Part shown: piece after piece, positions 41,201-53,699 of the stretch
Layout: every line of letters begins with the position of its first letter
How positions within the stretch are numbered: the first letter of the stretch is position 1
Assembly: GCF_041956535.1 (NCBI RefSeq)
Contig: NW_027192226.1
Span: 60,259 to 124,258, forward strand
Direction of reading: 5' to 3'
DNA length: 64,000 bases
Source: Calcarisporiella thermophila CBS 279.70
Lineage: Eukaryota > Fungi > Calcarisporiellomycota
Position numbers and translations under genes: made by a program
The notes under the pieces: generated by a model
Told to the model about the DNA's origin: nothing
What the model saw: the letters and a program-made list of their open reading frames with translations, nothing else
Databases searched by the model: none

Positions 41201-41581
41201 TGGGTGGAAACTTAAATGGATCACCTATCTGCCTCCATAGTTTTTCTCTTGTAACCTTGTAAAAATTTACGATAAGGTTAGATTATAAGTTGATAAAATA
41301 ATGATTCTTAACTTACTGTCTCATAGCCGCCTTGCTCAAGTACAAGCCTGTACATCATGAGTAAATCAAGCTTTTTAGAGCCGAGAACAGGCTCTCGCAT
41401 TTGTACACCAGTGCTATCATGAAGCATAGAGAAAATTAATCATGGATGATCGCAACTAGATTGGAGTATATTTATCCAAATCCTACCCGTATTTCTGATG
41501 AAAATCACATAATTTATCCCAAAAGGCATTATATTCTGGTGTACGCTCAAAATCCTCCGGCTCCTTTTTTGATTTTGACAT
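38271..41581 (-). CDS. RSC9: RSC/PBAF chromatin-remodelling subunit Rsc9/ARID2-like (ARID + ARM-like + RFX-like + C2H2), multi-exon
   Basis: ARID exons (EPVLGSKKLDLLMMYRLVLEQGGY, LWRQIGDPFKFPPTCTNSAFVLKTVYMKYL), RILLALKSELPNEIDWAF, IIRNFSF, CHWPEC...HILEVH, CQWKSC...HIKVH, GVPLTSALVLRNFAR. Confidence 0.85.
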
Positions 41582-41884
41582 TTTGAGACAAGGAAACCTC
41601 TTGATCGCGTTGTAACTTTATCTTTTCAACGCGACCTGAAAGGTGACGTAATCATTTTGTTGAAATAAAAAATTGAAGCGCAGTCACAAACATTTCGGAA
41701 TTTACTATCATCAATGCTACATTTTCAACATGATAGAACTAGTTGAACTGTGTCCAAGAGATTCAAAATCGAGCTCCTTATAAATATAGTCGAGTTGACC
41801 TCCATTTATCCTTCCTTGTTTTGTTACGTCTAATAATATCATATTTAAGCCTGAAGGTGGTGGACAGAAGTGCTAAAGCGTATG

Positions 41885-41941
41885 ATTTAAGATGGAATAT
41901 AATATAATTGTATTACAATTATATTATATTCCATCTTAAAT
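41885..41941. repeat. 57-bp palindrome: perfect 28-bp arms with a 1-nt spacer
   Basis: ATTTAAGATGGAATATAATATAATTGTA-T-TACAATTATATTATATTCCATCTTAAAT. Confidence 0.97.
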
Positions 41942-42594
41942 AAAAATGTCTACAATATTGTGGACATTTTTTGCAAACTATAAATATAACATCTTAATCA
42001 AACACGAAGCTTCTCGAAGAAGTAAGATATTATTAGTGATAAGTTAATATCACGAATAATATCTTAAACTTAAAATTATAGCATATAGCTGCCAATCCAA
42101 CATTCTATTACCATTTTCTTTAAGTCTTCCCTATTTTCGAGCGGGAATACAATGATCTACCGATCTTGCATATCTTTAGAGTAAATGCGTTCACATAGTA
42201 GGAAGATATCTCATATTAAATATATTTTGATTGGTTTCTTTGGGCAATCAGGAAATGAAAGTATCTGGCCCAACATTATTATAATGATTCAAAACATACT
42301 AATATTGACATGAGTTAGATCTATTACACAAACTAGCCTCCTAAAAATCCACTAAAGCACGCGTTTCTTATTTTAATATTACGGAAAGTATGGCAGATGA
42401 TCATATTCAACAAACTTATATCCATGCTATTTGGTTATGCTTGAGAGTTATTGGTAAATCAATGTTTAACTTCGAGGTTCATCTGAAAATTTCGTGGGAA
42501 TTTTATCTTTGATACTTTATGATTCAATTCCATATTAATAATTCTCCTCAGCCTTCAATCAAAAATCCTGCTCGGAAATAATATATAAAAAAAT

Positions 42595-43164
42595 ATGTTC
42601 GCGTCTCGCCTTCTTATTCCCAAAGCATTACGCAGAATGAGTACCCTACAGACGATTTCCACTAAAAGAGCTCCCGGAGCTATTGGACCCTACTGTAATT
42701 AACAATTTTTTTCATTAATCTCTTGGTGGTAATACTAACGGGTGATTGTCAATCATGATTATTTATTAGCGCAAGCCATTGTTGTGAACAATATTGTGTA
42801 TACCTCCGGCCAAATCCCCGTCGATCCTGCAACGAATGAGCTTGTGGAAAATGATGTTCGAGTTCAGACTGTAGATAAGCCATTACCTAATGCATTTGTT
42901 TGATAATCACTGATGAATTTTCTAAATTTTCAGCGTCAAGTCCTCAAGAATCTTTCTGCGTTACTTGAAGATTCTGGCTCAGGAATGAACAATGTCATTA
43001 AAACTACAGTATTCCTTAAAGATATGAATGATTTTGTTAAGATGAATGAGGAATATGCCAAGGCTTTTGGCGACCATCGACCTGCTCGTTCTGCCGTCGA
43101 GGTTGCTCGGCTTCCCAAAGACGTGCTCGTTGAAATCGAATGCGTTGCTCTGCTTAAACAATAA
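42595..43164 (+). CDS. RidA/YjgF/UK114 family enamine/imine deaminase (Mmf1/Hmf1-like), 3 exons
   Basis: [58 protein letters not shown]-terminal presequence-like [14 protein letters not shown]. Confidence 0.95.
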
Positions 43165-43367
43165 GATGCAGACACAATAGCACTGGAGGAGTAATAATAA
43201 ATGATAATAAATAAATAATAAAACTGAGATATTTAATATTTTTTATAAAAAAAATAAACTGGAGTCCTCTTAATTGAAAAGCTTACAATATCAAGGCAAA
43301 AAAAAATCTACAAAAAAGGTATATTCTAATACGAATATATACAAAAGAATAATACGACTAGTATAAA

Positions 43368-46300
43368 TCATACTTCTTTCTCAACTTCCTCCAAAACCTG
43401 TAGAATTTCCCTAAAACTCTCAAACATCGATGGGCGTCCTTCATTTTTCGCTTCAACTTCAATTCTTCCTGGTTCGCGTTCAAGGGCCTGGCTTAAACTT
43501 ATAAATTTTCTCACTACAGACACGAGATTGCACAATGATTTGCCTGGCATGCCTTCAATAACCACTTGCCTCATGTCAGGATGTTTCATTAGACAGCCTA
43601 GTAACAGCGCAAGATATGCAGACATTAATGATGCGCTACACCCTTCATCGTCCTCTTCCGCTTCTTCCTCTTTTTGAAAACGCTCTTGTTGTTGTGATTC
43701 TTGAGCATATTTCAGATACACACTGATGACAAGTTCTACTGCCTTTATCTTATCCTGACATTCGCACTCCTTTAAACATGCACAACTTCTTCCTATCCAT
43801 TTTGCGTCAAATAAATCTCTATTCGCAGCCTCAGTTTCCATTAAGTTGATGAGTAGCCCAACCGTTAGGAGGAACATGTCGTCAAATGCGAAACCACTAT
43901 CATGGCTGGAGCTTTTGTAAATATCGGCACGTTTATGATCGTTCTGTTGATCCATTGTTTTCAAAAGAAGCTTGAGAAGTGTATGTAGACCCTGGTTCGC
44001 AATATCTCGACAAAGAGAACTATCATCGTAGGTAAGATTGACAAGCAAGCCCAACGTAGCAACCAGACATATATCATAGGCGAGCGGATCAAGCCGAGGG
44101 GATATATGCTGGTTGAGCCGAATCATGCACATGTCGAGTAGAGAAAGCAGTCGATCGATCATTCCGGGTTCCTCGTCGAGAAGAAGCGAGCGATTCTGTG
44201 AATGGAAGAGCACTGCTGAAGAAAGAACTCTTACGCAAACACTTGCCAGGTTGGCACCGCACTCCGATAATACATACTGATCTTCTGCATATTCCTCATC
44301 AAATCTTCCAGCAACAGCATTGCATAGAATTTGCCACATGGATTGCATAATTCCAAGAGAACCCATATGACCTTGTAGCATACTTATATTCCTCTCTCTT
44401 ATCAAATTTCCAATGGTCATCACGCCTAATATCTGTGGTGACACCACGCATCCTGGAGGAAGTATACCCGACATTCTCACCAACTCCAGAATCTCTCTGC
44501 ATACAGGCTTCGTATTTCCCATCTTTAATAGCAAAGAGATTGCCTCTAGTACATTTTCTCCATTAGCGACTAGTATCGTAGAATAGCGCACGGAGAGCTG
44601 GTAAACCACCCATGCAAAACTCTCTATTAGCGTCATAGAATTTCGCATCTTTTCCTTCATGGTCTCGAATAGCTCAGATGCTATATCTCCACCTAACAAC
44701 CTCAGACAGTTAACGTCCGCTAATCTCTGAGCCATCTCTTGACATGCTGAATGAATTTGTGATGCTCCCTTCGCGTTGAGCAATTCCTGGAGTTTTTCCC
44801 GCATTAGTGCTTGGTTAGCTACATACTCATCATGCCCTTCAATCTCGTTCTCAATGAGGGAGCTATTGCGAGAGTAAGTGATATGCACCTGCGGATGCCG
44901 ACGAGAGAGCCTTGAAGAAGATGCAATAGATGCTCTTTTATAAGCTAAAGGTAAATCCGGCATTCCATTGCTTTTTCTTGCCATATACCTGTCTTCATCC
45001 TTTCGCTTCCCTTTCTGTCCTCCCATCTCTATCGCCGATCTCACCCTTTTTGGCGGTGCTCGCTTTCCTTTCTTTTTAGTCAACCTGGGAGTCGGTGAAT
45101 CTGCTAAGAGTTTTTCAACTTGTAATAAAACCGCGTCGTCTCGTGTCATGGTTCGTGATTCTTGTGAGGACATGAGCGAAGGCTGACGTGCAGAAATAGA
45201 GTGCAAAAATGACAGCGATTCTTCCAAACTCTGAGAGGGCCGTAAGTCTTCTTCCTCCTCCTCTGATCTCTTTTCTTCTTCTATATCGTCATTTTCATTT
45301 TCACGTATCGACAGCTGAGATATTAAATTAAATCTTTTTCTGGGCTGTTGCGATGTGGAGAGCCTATTTTGCAACGATTGTGACAAAAATGCGTCTGACT
45401 CGTCATTTTTGTAATCATTATCTTCCCCGTCTATCGTCGAAAGAGCAGCATCAATTGCATTCCAAATCTTGTTGTCGTCTGAGGAGACGTTGGGGAGATT
45501 TGAACTATGTTGACTTGTACGGGAAAGAAGTGCACTTGGATCTGAAGAAGTCCTAGTTAGAGCGGGGTAATTTCGCGAGTTAATTGGTGAGGCTGCAAGC
45601 ATCATCAGACGAAGTTGGGCGTTGCGGTACTCGGGTGAGGGAAACTCCTCTTCAATTGTGTTCGTGGGATCTCGCTCGTCTTCCTTTGTGAGAAGAACAT
45701 CACTTGAAGATGCTATGCTATCTGCGAGAGGAATACCGCGACGAGTAGCGGGTGAAGGAGACGGCGGATCAAGACGCGGGAACTGATGAGTCCGCCTACC
45801 GTCTCCACTTTTTGGGGTGGAAGGCACTTCATAGTCGTTCTTTTTCGATTTTACTGGGGATTTAGAGGGAGAGGAACGGATATGCCTTTTAGTACCTACT
45901 TTTATTTCTGGCGATATAGGACCCTGCTTTTTCACCAAATTCCCTTTTCCACTATCTCTTGTAGTGCTTTTCGCTATCTCCTTTTTTTTAGACCCCCTAG
46001 TCATCTCCCTTTTACGCGTCGATGTTCCCTTCCCAGTTCTCCGAACTATCAATCCACGTTTCATACCAGCCCGCGCCTCCTCTTTAACCTCTAAGGCCGC
46101 CATTTCAAAATCTGACCCATCATCAGCTGGTTCAAAAGCTGGGTCAAATATATCCACCACCATATCATGATCAAGTATTCGGCGTTTTGGTGGCGAATCA
46201 AAACACTTAGCAGGTGATGTATCTTGCATGGAGAGCAGCGAATACGAATGAGAAAGTTTTGAGCTAGGAGTATCTGAGGGACCTAGCTCATTGTGAGGAG

Positions 46301-46487
46301 TGTCATCGTGGTCGCTTTCGTGTTCCTTTGTTGGTGATCCCGATGAAGATATCTTTGGATCAAGAGAAGCCGTTGTGTCCGCACCATCCTTAGCCGCTCG
46401 GGATTTGGTGTTATGCTTTTGCTGATGAAGGCGACGATGTCTCCGGCTATATGTGATGGTTACACGTCGCGGGCATTCTTGTAACAT
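43368..46487 (-). CDS. WAPL: WAPL (cohesin release factor, Wpl1/Rad61-like)
   Basis: Long disordered N-terminus with two TYSR motifs. C-terminal helical domain with LGLLVNLTYD, LLTVGLLINLME and SAYLALLLGCL, typical of WAPL. First ATG at 46487. Confidence 0.78.
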   Translation of the reverse strand: MLQECPRRVTITYSRRHRRLHQQKHNTKSRAAKDGADTTASLDPKISSSGSPTKEHESDHDDTPHNELGPSDTPSSKLSHSYSLLSMQDTSPAKCFDSPPKRRILDHDMVVDIFDPAFEPADDGSDFEMAALEVKEEARAGMKRGLIVRRTGKGTSTRKREMTRGSKKKEIAKSTTRDSGKGNLVKKQGPISPEIKVGTKRHIRSSPSKSPVKSKKNDYEVPSTPKSGDGRRTHQFPRLDPPSPSPATRRGIPLADSIASSSDVLLTKEDERDPTNTIEEEFPSPEYRNAQLRLMMLAASPINSRNYPALTRTSSDPSALLSRTSQHSSNLPNVSSDDNKIWNAIDAALSTIDGEDNDYKNDESDAFLSQSLQNRLSTSQQPRKRFNLISQLSIRENENDDIEEEKRSEEEEEDLRPSQSLEESLSFLHSISARQPSLMSSQESRTMTRDDAVLLQVEKLLADSPTPRLTKKKGKRAPPKRVRSAIEMGGQKGKRKDEDRYMARKSNGMPDLPLAYKRASIASSSRLSRRHPQVHITYSRNSSLIENEIEGHDEYVANQALMREKLQELLNAKGASQIHSACQEMAQRLADVNCLRLLGGDIASELFETMKEKMRNSMTLIESFAWVVYQLSVRYSTILVANGENVLEAISLLLKMGNTKPVCREILELVRMSGILPPGCVVSPQILGVMTIGNLIRERNISMLQGHMGSLGIMQSMWQILCNAVAGRFDEEYAEDQYVLSECGANLASVCVRVLSSAVLFHSQNRSLLLDEEPGMIDRLLSLLDMCMIRLNQHISPRLDPLAYDICLVATLGLLVNLTYDDSSLCRDIANQGLHTLLKLLLKTMDQQNDHKRADIYKSSSHDSGFAFDDMFLLTVGLLINLMETEAANRDLFDAKWIGRSCACLKECECQDKIKAVELVISVYLKYAQESQQQERFQKEEEAEEDDEGCSASLMSAYLALLLGCLMKHPDMRQVVIEGMPGKSLCNLVSVVRKFISLSQALEREPGRIEVEAKNEGRPSMFESFREILQVLEEVEKEV

Positions 46488-46801
46488 AATACTACTATTA
46501 TTGAGATCGAACAACTTAGTTGATGGAAATACACCGGGCCTATCCCAATACTTAATATCACGATTTCAGTTAGCAAGTCACAAAGAAAAATTCAAAACGG
46601 AACAGAATGAGGCGCGTAATGCATAAGGCAGCAGAGTTTGCCAATCTAAAAAGATAAAGCTATGATATAGCCGCAGTGTGCGAAAGATATTAAGTTTAAT
46701 ATAATCAATAAAATAGGATAAAGCAAAATTCATTAGATATAAATTATGTTTGACAATAATTTTTTTTTCAATGCATTCAATTGTATTATATATTCTCCCT
46801 T

Positions 46802-49433
46802 TTATGCTACATCCATAGATGCTTTCATGACTAGCCGCTTCAAGGTATCTGGCTGATGGATTGCATGCGCAAGTTGACGCAATTCAACTGTGTCTAAAAG
46901 TCGCACAGTCACACGATTTGCACGTCGGATACCGGTCGCCTTTACCGCAGGGAAAAGGCGTGCGCCTAAAACCTCTTTCTGATCTTCAATGGAAAGACAA
47001 CGTAGGGCACTTAGGAAAGCATCCGTTTCAAGACGTCGTGAAGCCTCCTCATCTTCCGAAAAGCGAGGAGCTTCAGATGCGGCAATGGGCATTGTTGCCA
47101 TGATTTCTTTTTTGGGTGAAGAATCAGACGGCTTTTTCTGTTCCACAGGAGCTGGCACTTTCTTATGGGATATAGATGATTTGGCGATCTGTGGGGGCTC
47201 TCTGTCAGTAGACGGAATTCTGTTTGCTTGGTATTTTACAGCATTGGGAGGCTTAAATGAATTCGATGAATTCCGTTGTAATGGCACCATGACCATCGGA
47301 CCAACAGCTTTTGGTAGATTTTCAGGCTCTAGTCCATCTTCAAAGTCATTATCGCTCTCTGCATACGCTTCCTGATCTTCCTCATCCTCTTCTCCCACCA
47401 CTTCTAGCGCTTCTTTTGCCATCCTTACTTTTTCACGCAAATATTCGGAATTGAATAAGCACAGTGATCTTTCTTTTCTCCCTAAAGTGAGGAGCATGTC
47501 GACCACATCTTCTACGCCCTCACTAGTCACCTTTTGAACGGCCAGTGTAAGCTGCAAACGCAGGGCTTTGGATGTACGCTCCGTCATTACTGTAGCGACC
47601 GTTGGAGGTTTACGTGGATATACGGTTGGAATTGTCCTAGTATGATTTTGCGAAAGAGATGGCAGAGAAGTTTCGGGATTGATTGGAGTAAAAGGATCGG
47701 GCTTAGGGGACGGTGTAGGCTTATTTTGTGATGGGTAAAAGGCTGGAGCATCTGGGCGCAATATGGGAGATGGTTCCATACTTCTTTGTTGAATTAGTTG
47801 ATCTATCTGTGTGGCCATAAAAATTATTAACCGTTCATCATACATCCAACCAGGGTTAAAAGGGCAATTATCTACCTTTGATTTGAGAAGTTCAGGCGAT
47901 TTTATCGCATCCACTATATCTGCAATATGCAAGTCCAAGAGGGATTCAATCGCTCTCTCGCACTCGCTCTCGCTCAAATGCACACAATGGCGCTTAATTT
48001 GCCCATTAAGCAATCGACGAAGAGTCGTAATTCGGGTGTCGTGACGAACAAAAGAAAGTGAAGTGAAAAATGCTTCATTAAATGTACCGTCCGCAAGATA
48101 AGGATTTACTAGCCCATCGCCTTCATTATCTTCTTCTTCTGTGCCATCATTTGTATATGTATATTCCACTGCTTGATTCTGCTGCACAACTGAACGTACA
48201 GCTGCGAGTTTTGCTTCACGCAATTTTTTCGGCTCGTGATATGCTACCACCACCCTCTTTCCTCCGATGTCCTTTCCATTCATTTCTCGAAGCGCTTGCG
48301 CAGCTGATTCGGGCTTGTTAAAACTGACAAATCCAAAACCTTTGGATTGATTACTCGTGGCATCAGTCATGACGCGAGCGCTGACGATACGGCCGTAATG
48401 CCGAAATGCATGAAAGAGGTCCGTACTTGTGAAGGAAGGGTCTAAGTTTTTGATATAAAGATTACATGGATCGATCCCAGGAAGATTTTGTTCATCTACA
48501 GGGGCGTCTTTGTTGGTCAAAGGCGGCTGGAATGAGCGAGAAATGTCATCAAGAAGTCAGCAAAATTTAAAATAGTGGTCAAGATAAAGACGCTTACAGA
48601 GAACGACGCAGTATAGAAAGCCTCAGAGGGTATTGTCATCTTATCTTCGCAATTTGCTGAACTATACTGCGATACTTTAATTGACTGCCCGTCAACCACA
48701 AGACCATTCATCTCTACCACAGCGCGATCTGCATCCTTCTGATCAAAGTATTGTATTAAAGCGCGTCCCTCAAATTTTCCACTCGAAGTTACAACAGTAC
48801 GACACATGGAGAGTGGACCGTGTGGGCGGAAAAGGTCATAAAGCCGGTGATTATTTATTGTTGTGATAGAAAGATGTTCGACCAGAAGCACATGGGCATT
48901 TGGTTCTGGCTCAAAAGTGGAATGATCTGGAGAAGCAGTGGGATCTCGCATGGAAAAGTGTAGATATGAGTTTTGAGGCCCGATAAGTGTGCCATTGAAA
49001 ACGGCATAAGCTCGCTCCGCTAATGGAACCAAATATGTCAGAAAAATAATAGCGGAATGGACTGAGAGGAAAAATTGATACCCTGAGTTGGGGATTTGAA
49101 TAACACGATTCCACGCTGCATGCCATCCCCTGTAAAATACAATTTTACTCTAATCCGATGTTAATTGAAAATATGTATATATACGTTAAACATGAATAAA
49201 ACTAACTCAACAGGCTCGCACACCCTCAATAAATTCAATATGTCCTCCCGTGATACTTCCATGTCCACATCAAGAATATACAGCATATTATTAAAACTGG
49301 AAGAAGGGGGGTAATGTACCGGTGATACAAGTGGCGAGAGGGGAGGCGATGGAGTCGCAGATCGAGGAGTTTTCTTGCGTTTAGATTTGGAAAGAAACTC
49401 GCGAATGGACACTGTAACAGTTTCTGGCTCCAT
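46802..49433 (-). CDS. rrm4: Rrm4-like RNA-binding protein (3 RRM + 3 MLLE/PABC domains), endosomal mRNA transport, multi-exon
   Basis: RRM3 IDPCNLYIKNLDP...IVSARVM...GFGFVSF. MLLE-like repeats LLDLHIADIVDAIKSPELL, LLTLGRKERSLCLFNSEYLREKV and QKEVLGARLFPAVK...VTVRLLDTVELRQLAHAI, matching the Ustilago Rrm4 layout. Confidence 0.82.
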
Positions 49434-50081
49434 TGTTGTTATTACTTGACGTACCGTAGCAATGCTCTCTGCTGATGTTACAGAAAAAATATAGATGATA
49501 TCCAGACCTCAATTCTAATAGATGTCCTTAACTCACAAGTAATATAGATGAGCTAAGCCACTTATTATTTATATTTTGCCACATTTTATTAGAGTTTGAA
49601 ATTTCAACACTTGATCTACTAATCTGACCCCTGACACCATATGGCATACAAGATGTTTTTCTTGCCCCATAACCCTTGTCTATTCTCCCTGTAGCTACGA
49701 AGTTACAATTATATGGTAAAACTTTTACTTAAATATGTTACAAATTAATTCCTCATAATATCCTGTATCTCTATTATGCAACTTCAGCGAAAACGCAAAT
49801 TCCATTTTATTAGTTAAATAAAGGGGGAATGGTCTTCTTGTAATTCTAATAGCCACTCGCCTTTTATATTGATGGTATTCTACACTGCAAACAAGTCCAT
49901 GACGTGTTGTCACTTTAGAATAACTTGCCTCCATGATAGATATATTTGCAATCATATTTAGCTTTATTCTGAAATTTTTCTCATTGTTGCAATGCATTGA
50001 ATTTTAAACTCTACTATTTTCAAACTGAAGGTGGCCAGGTAATATAATGAAACTTGTGACCATTAAAGCAATGTTTTTGAC

Positions 50082-51144
<1,063 letters not shown>

Positions 51145-51568
51145 TGCTAACTATAATATAATTTAATTATAGATATTATGCCTTGCGATTCTTTTTGTAT
51201 TATATCTGCATATATATATGCCCTAATTACTCTCTATATTGTTTATGCATTGTATTCTTGTAATATTAACTTGTAGTTTGAAATGTTGATACTACATAGC
51301 AGTTTTACAGAGGAATGGATTCTGAATATATGTGACAAGGTAATACCTTGTCCTTTTTTTTTTGCATTAAGGGAATAAATTATCATTTGTCTCCTGAGCG
51401 TATAAGAGTTCAAATATAGCCAGGGAAACAATTTTACCACTGGATAGCGTTTATTCATTCAATCTAATACTACTACTTGACTGCGCCTCCCTTCGAAATT
51501 TGTAAACTTCATGCAAGGGGTTTTAGGAGAAGGATGTTTTCACGTTAGATCCATTTGAAAATTACACC

Positions 51569-51890
51569 ATGCCTCTTATTGCCAACGTAGCTGGCTTTGC
51601 TGCCTTTGGATTCACTGTACGTGCATATGCACTTGCGCTGCAGAAGAGACCCATTCTTGACAGTAAGTCCTACAGCTCTTGCATCCTCTTGGATGAGATA
51701 AAAACGCCATTCTCGATGATACTAATCCCCCATTGTCATTGTAGACATCAGCGGACATTTCCTTATGGCTGGTGGGTTTGGTGCACTAGGTTATTGGTTG
51801 TATGGTATCCAAGAGCGTCAAAACGAACTGATTGAGGCACGAAAACAGATTGTGCTCGAGAACCGACAAAAGCGGGAAGCGAACGCATAA
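51569..51890 (+). CDS. Small mitochondrial complex I accessory subunit (NDUFC2/B14.5b-like, fungal type), 2 exons
   Basis: MPLIANVAGFAAFGFTVRAYALALQKRPILD|NISGHFLMAGGFGALGYWLYGIQERQNELIEARKQIVLENRQKREANA: two small-residue TM helices and a charged tail. Confidence 0.7.
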
Positions 51891-52108
51891 AATACTGGCA
51901 TATGTTTATTGTTTTTCTTTTATATATATTTCTTCGTGTTCTCCTGTTATAATAAATTTTCTGACAATTATAAAATAGAGAATCGATCATGGAACTTACC
52001 CCTGATATTTATCACAGGCTTCTATTGTATTAATCATTTTTAAACAAAAAATAATCTCTATGCCTTGTTATTTGCTTCTTTATTGAAAAGTAGATGCGAT
52101 TTGTCTTA

Positions 52109-53252
52109 TTACATGATCTGCCGGCACTGAGCTCCATCTTCTACCAGCTCTAACACTTTATAAAAGCTTTTGTGGCCTGCATTCTTGAACACCTCCTGAA
52201 CGGCATTGCCGATGTTCTCAAAATTATCAGTGGCCAGAGCGAGGACCGTTGGTCCAGCACCGCTTAAGCAGATACCAAGGAGACCTGGATGTGTATCGGG
52301 ACGTATATTGGCTAGAATCTCGGCAAGCCCTGGCACAAGGCCCATACGATAAGGCTGGTGCAGGCGATCAGTCATCGCATCATAAATAAGAGCAGGGTTA
52401 GGAGGGGATTGGGCAAGGGCGGCAGTGAGGACAGCAAGCCTTTGGAGATTGAAGATCTAGTACATGTTTTTAAAAAGATGAATACTCGTCGCTATGTAAT
52501 AGGGAGTAGCATTTGAAACTTGATAATTCCAGAATACTTACGACATCTTTCTTCACATAAGTCTCTGGTAGGACTGCACGTGCTTTAGCAGTCGAGACCT
52601 CAAACTGTGGTACGACGACAATAGCTCTAATCTCTGAAGCCCATCTTAACCTCATATAGTGCCCAATGCCCCGCGGGGGTTGAGCTGGGGGCTTCCCGTC
52701 CTTATTCGCCGAAGTTCCATTATGGACTTTCTCCGTCTCGGACTCTGGTGCCGCACGCTGTCTTTCCTCCTCTTCTTCTTTTGTAAGTACACGCAGATAG
52801 CTGGCCACAAACCCGCCCACAAGTGCCGCTGCAACGTTATCAGGGTGTCGCTCGATCATTAGACAATAATCTAGCATTCTATCTTTGTCCATCCCCAACT
52901 CTCCAACTACATCGGCCAACATGACCCCACCTACAACCGCCGCTCCAGAACTGCCTAATCCTCTTCCAAGTGGTATCGGATTATTTACATGTAATTTTAT
53001 TGGCGGTAGTTGTTTGCCATAAGTTGACAGAACATATAAAGCTGTTTTGGTAATGAGATTCTGCTCTGGAATCAATGGCACGTCTTCAGCACCTTCACCC
53101 TCATATGTCATGGAGAAGGACTCGGTAGGCGGAAGTATCTGCACATCAAGAGTAAGGTAAAGACTAAGACTTGCTCCGGCGACATCATAACCGGGTCCTA
53201 AGTTGGCCGTTGAACAAGGCACGGTGATTTTATAATGTTTATAAGGCTGCAT
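52109..53252 (-). CDS. THR1: Homoserine kinase (GHMP family), 2 exons
   Basis: VPCSTANLGPGYD, NPIPLGRGLGSSGAA, IERHPDN, DRLHQPYR, CLSGAGPTVLAL. Confidence 0.95.
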
Positions 53253-53699
53253 GATGCGAATGATAACTTGATGTCTCAATGAGGAGCGAAATAGAGAGCG
53301 AATAATCGACGTCTAAAAGAATTTCAGCTACGATAAATTACAAAGGCAAATAATGGAACTTGATCGTTTCGACTGAAAAATGAAAGATAAATACAAGGTT
53401 GATTCCTCGTGAATTTGTGCTACTATGATTTTTTATGTGTCAAAAATATTGATAAACGAGCTTAGATAACTCGAGAAGCAGTCAACCTTTTTTCAATTAA
53501 TTGATATATATTGTATAAGAGCATGTACTCATCTAATTGAAAAATAAAAAATGTGAAATAAATGAAATAGAGAAAAAGAAAAAGTTAAAGCAAGCGAGAC
53601 AGCTATCCAGTTCACCCGTGAATCAGATAATTTGCTTTTGCGATTATGACCTTTTTTAGCATATCCTTAGTATCTATATACTCCTGGCTCCAGCGATTT

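Noticed and set aside
49725-49997. ORF with TRRPFPLYL resembling the PIF1/Helitron RRQFPL motif
   Set aside because: The downstream helicase motif (A.T..KSQG) is missing, so it is likely spurious.
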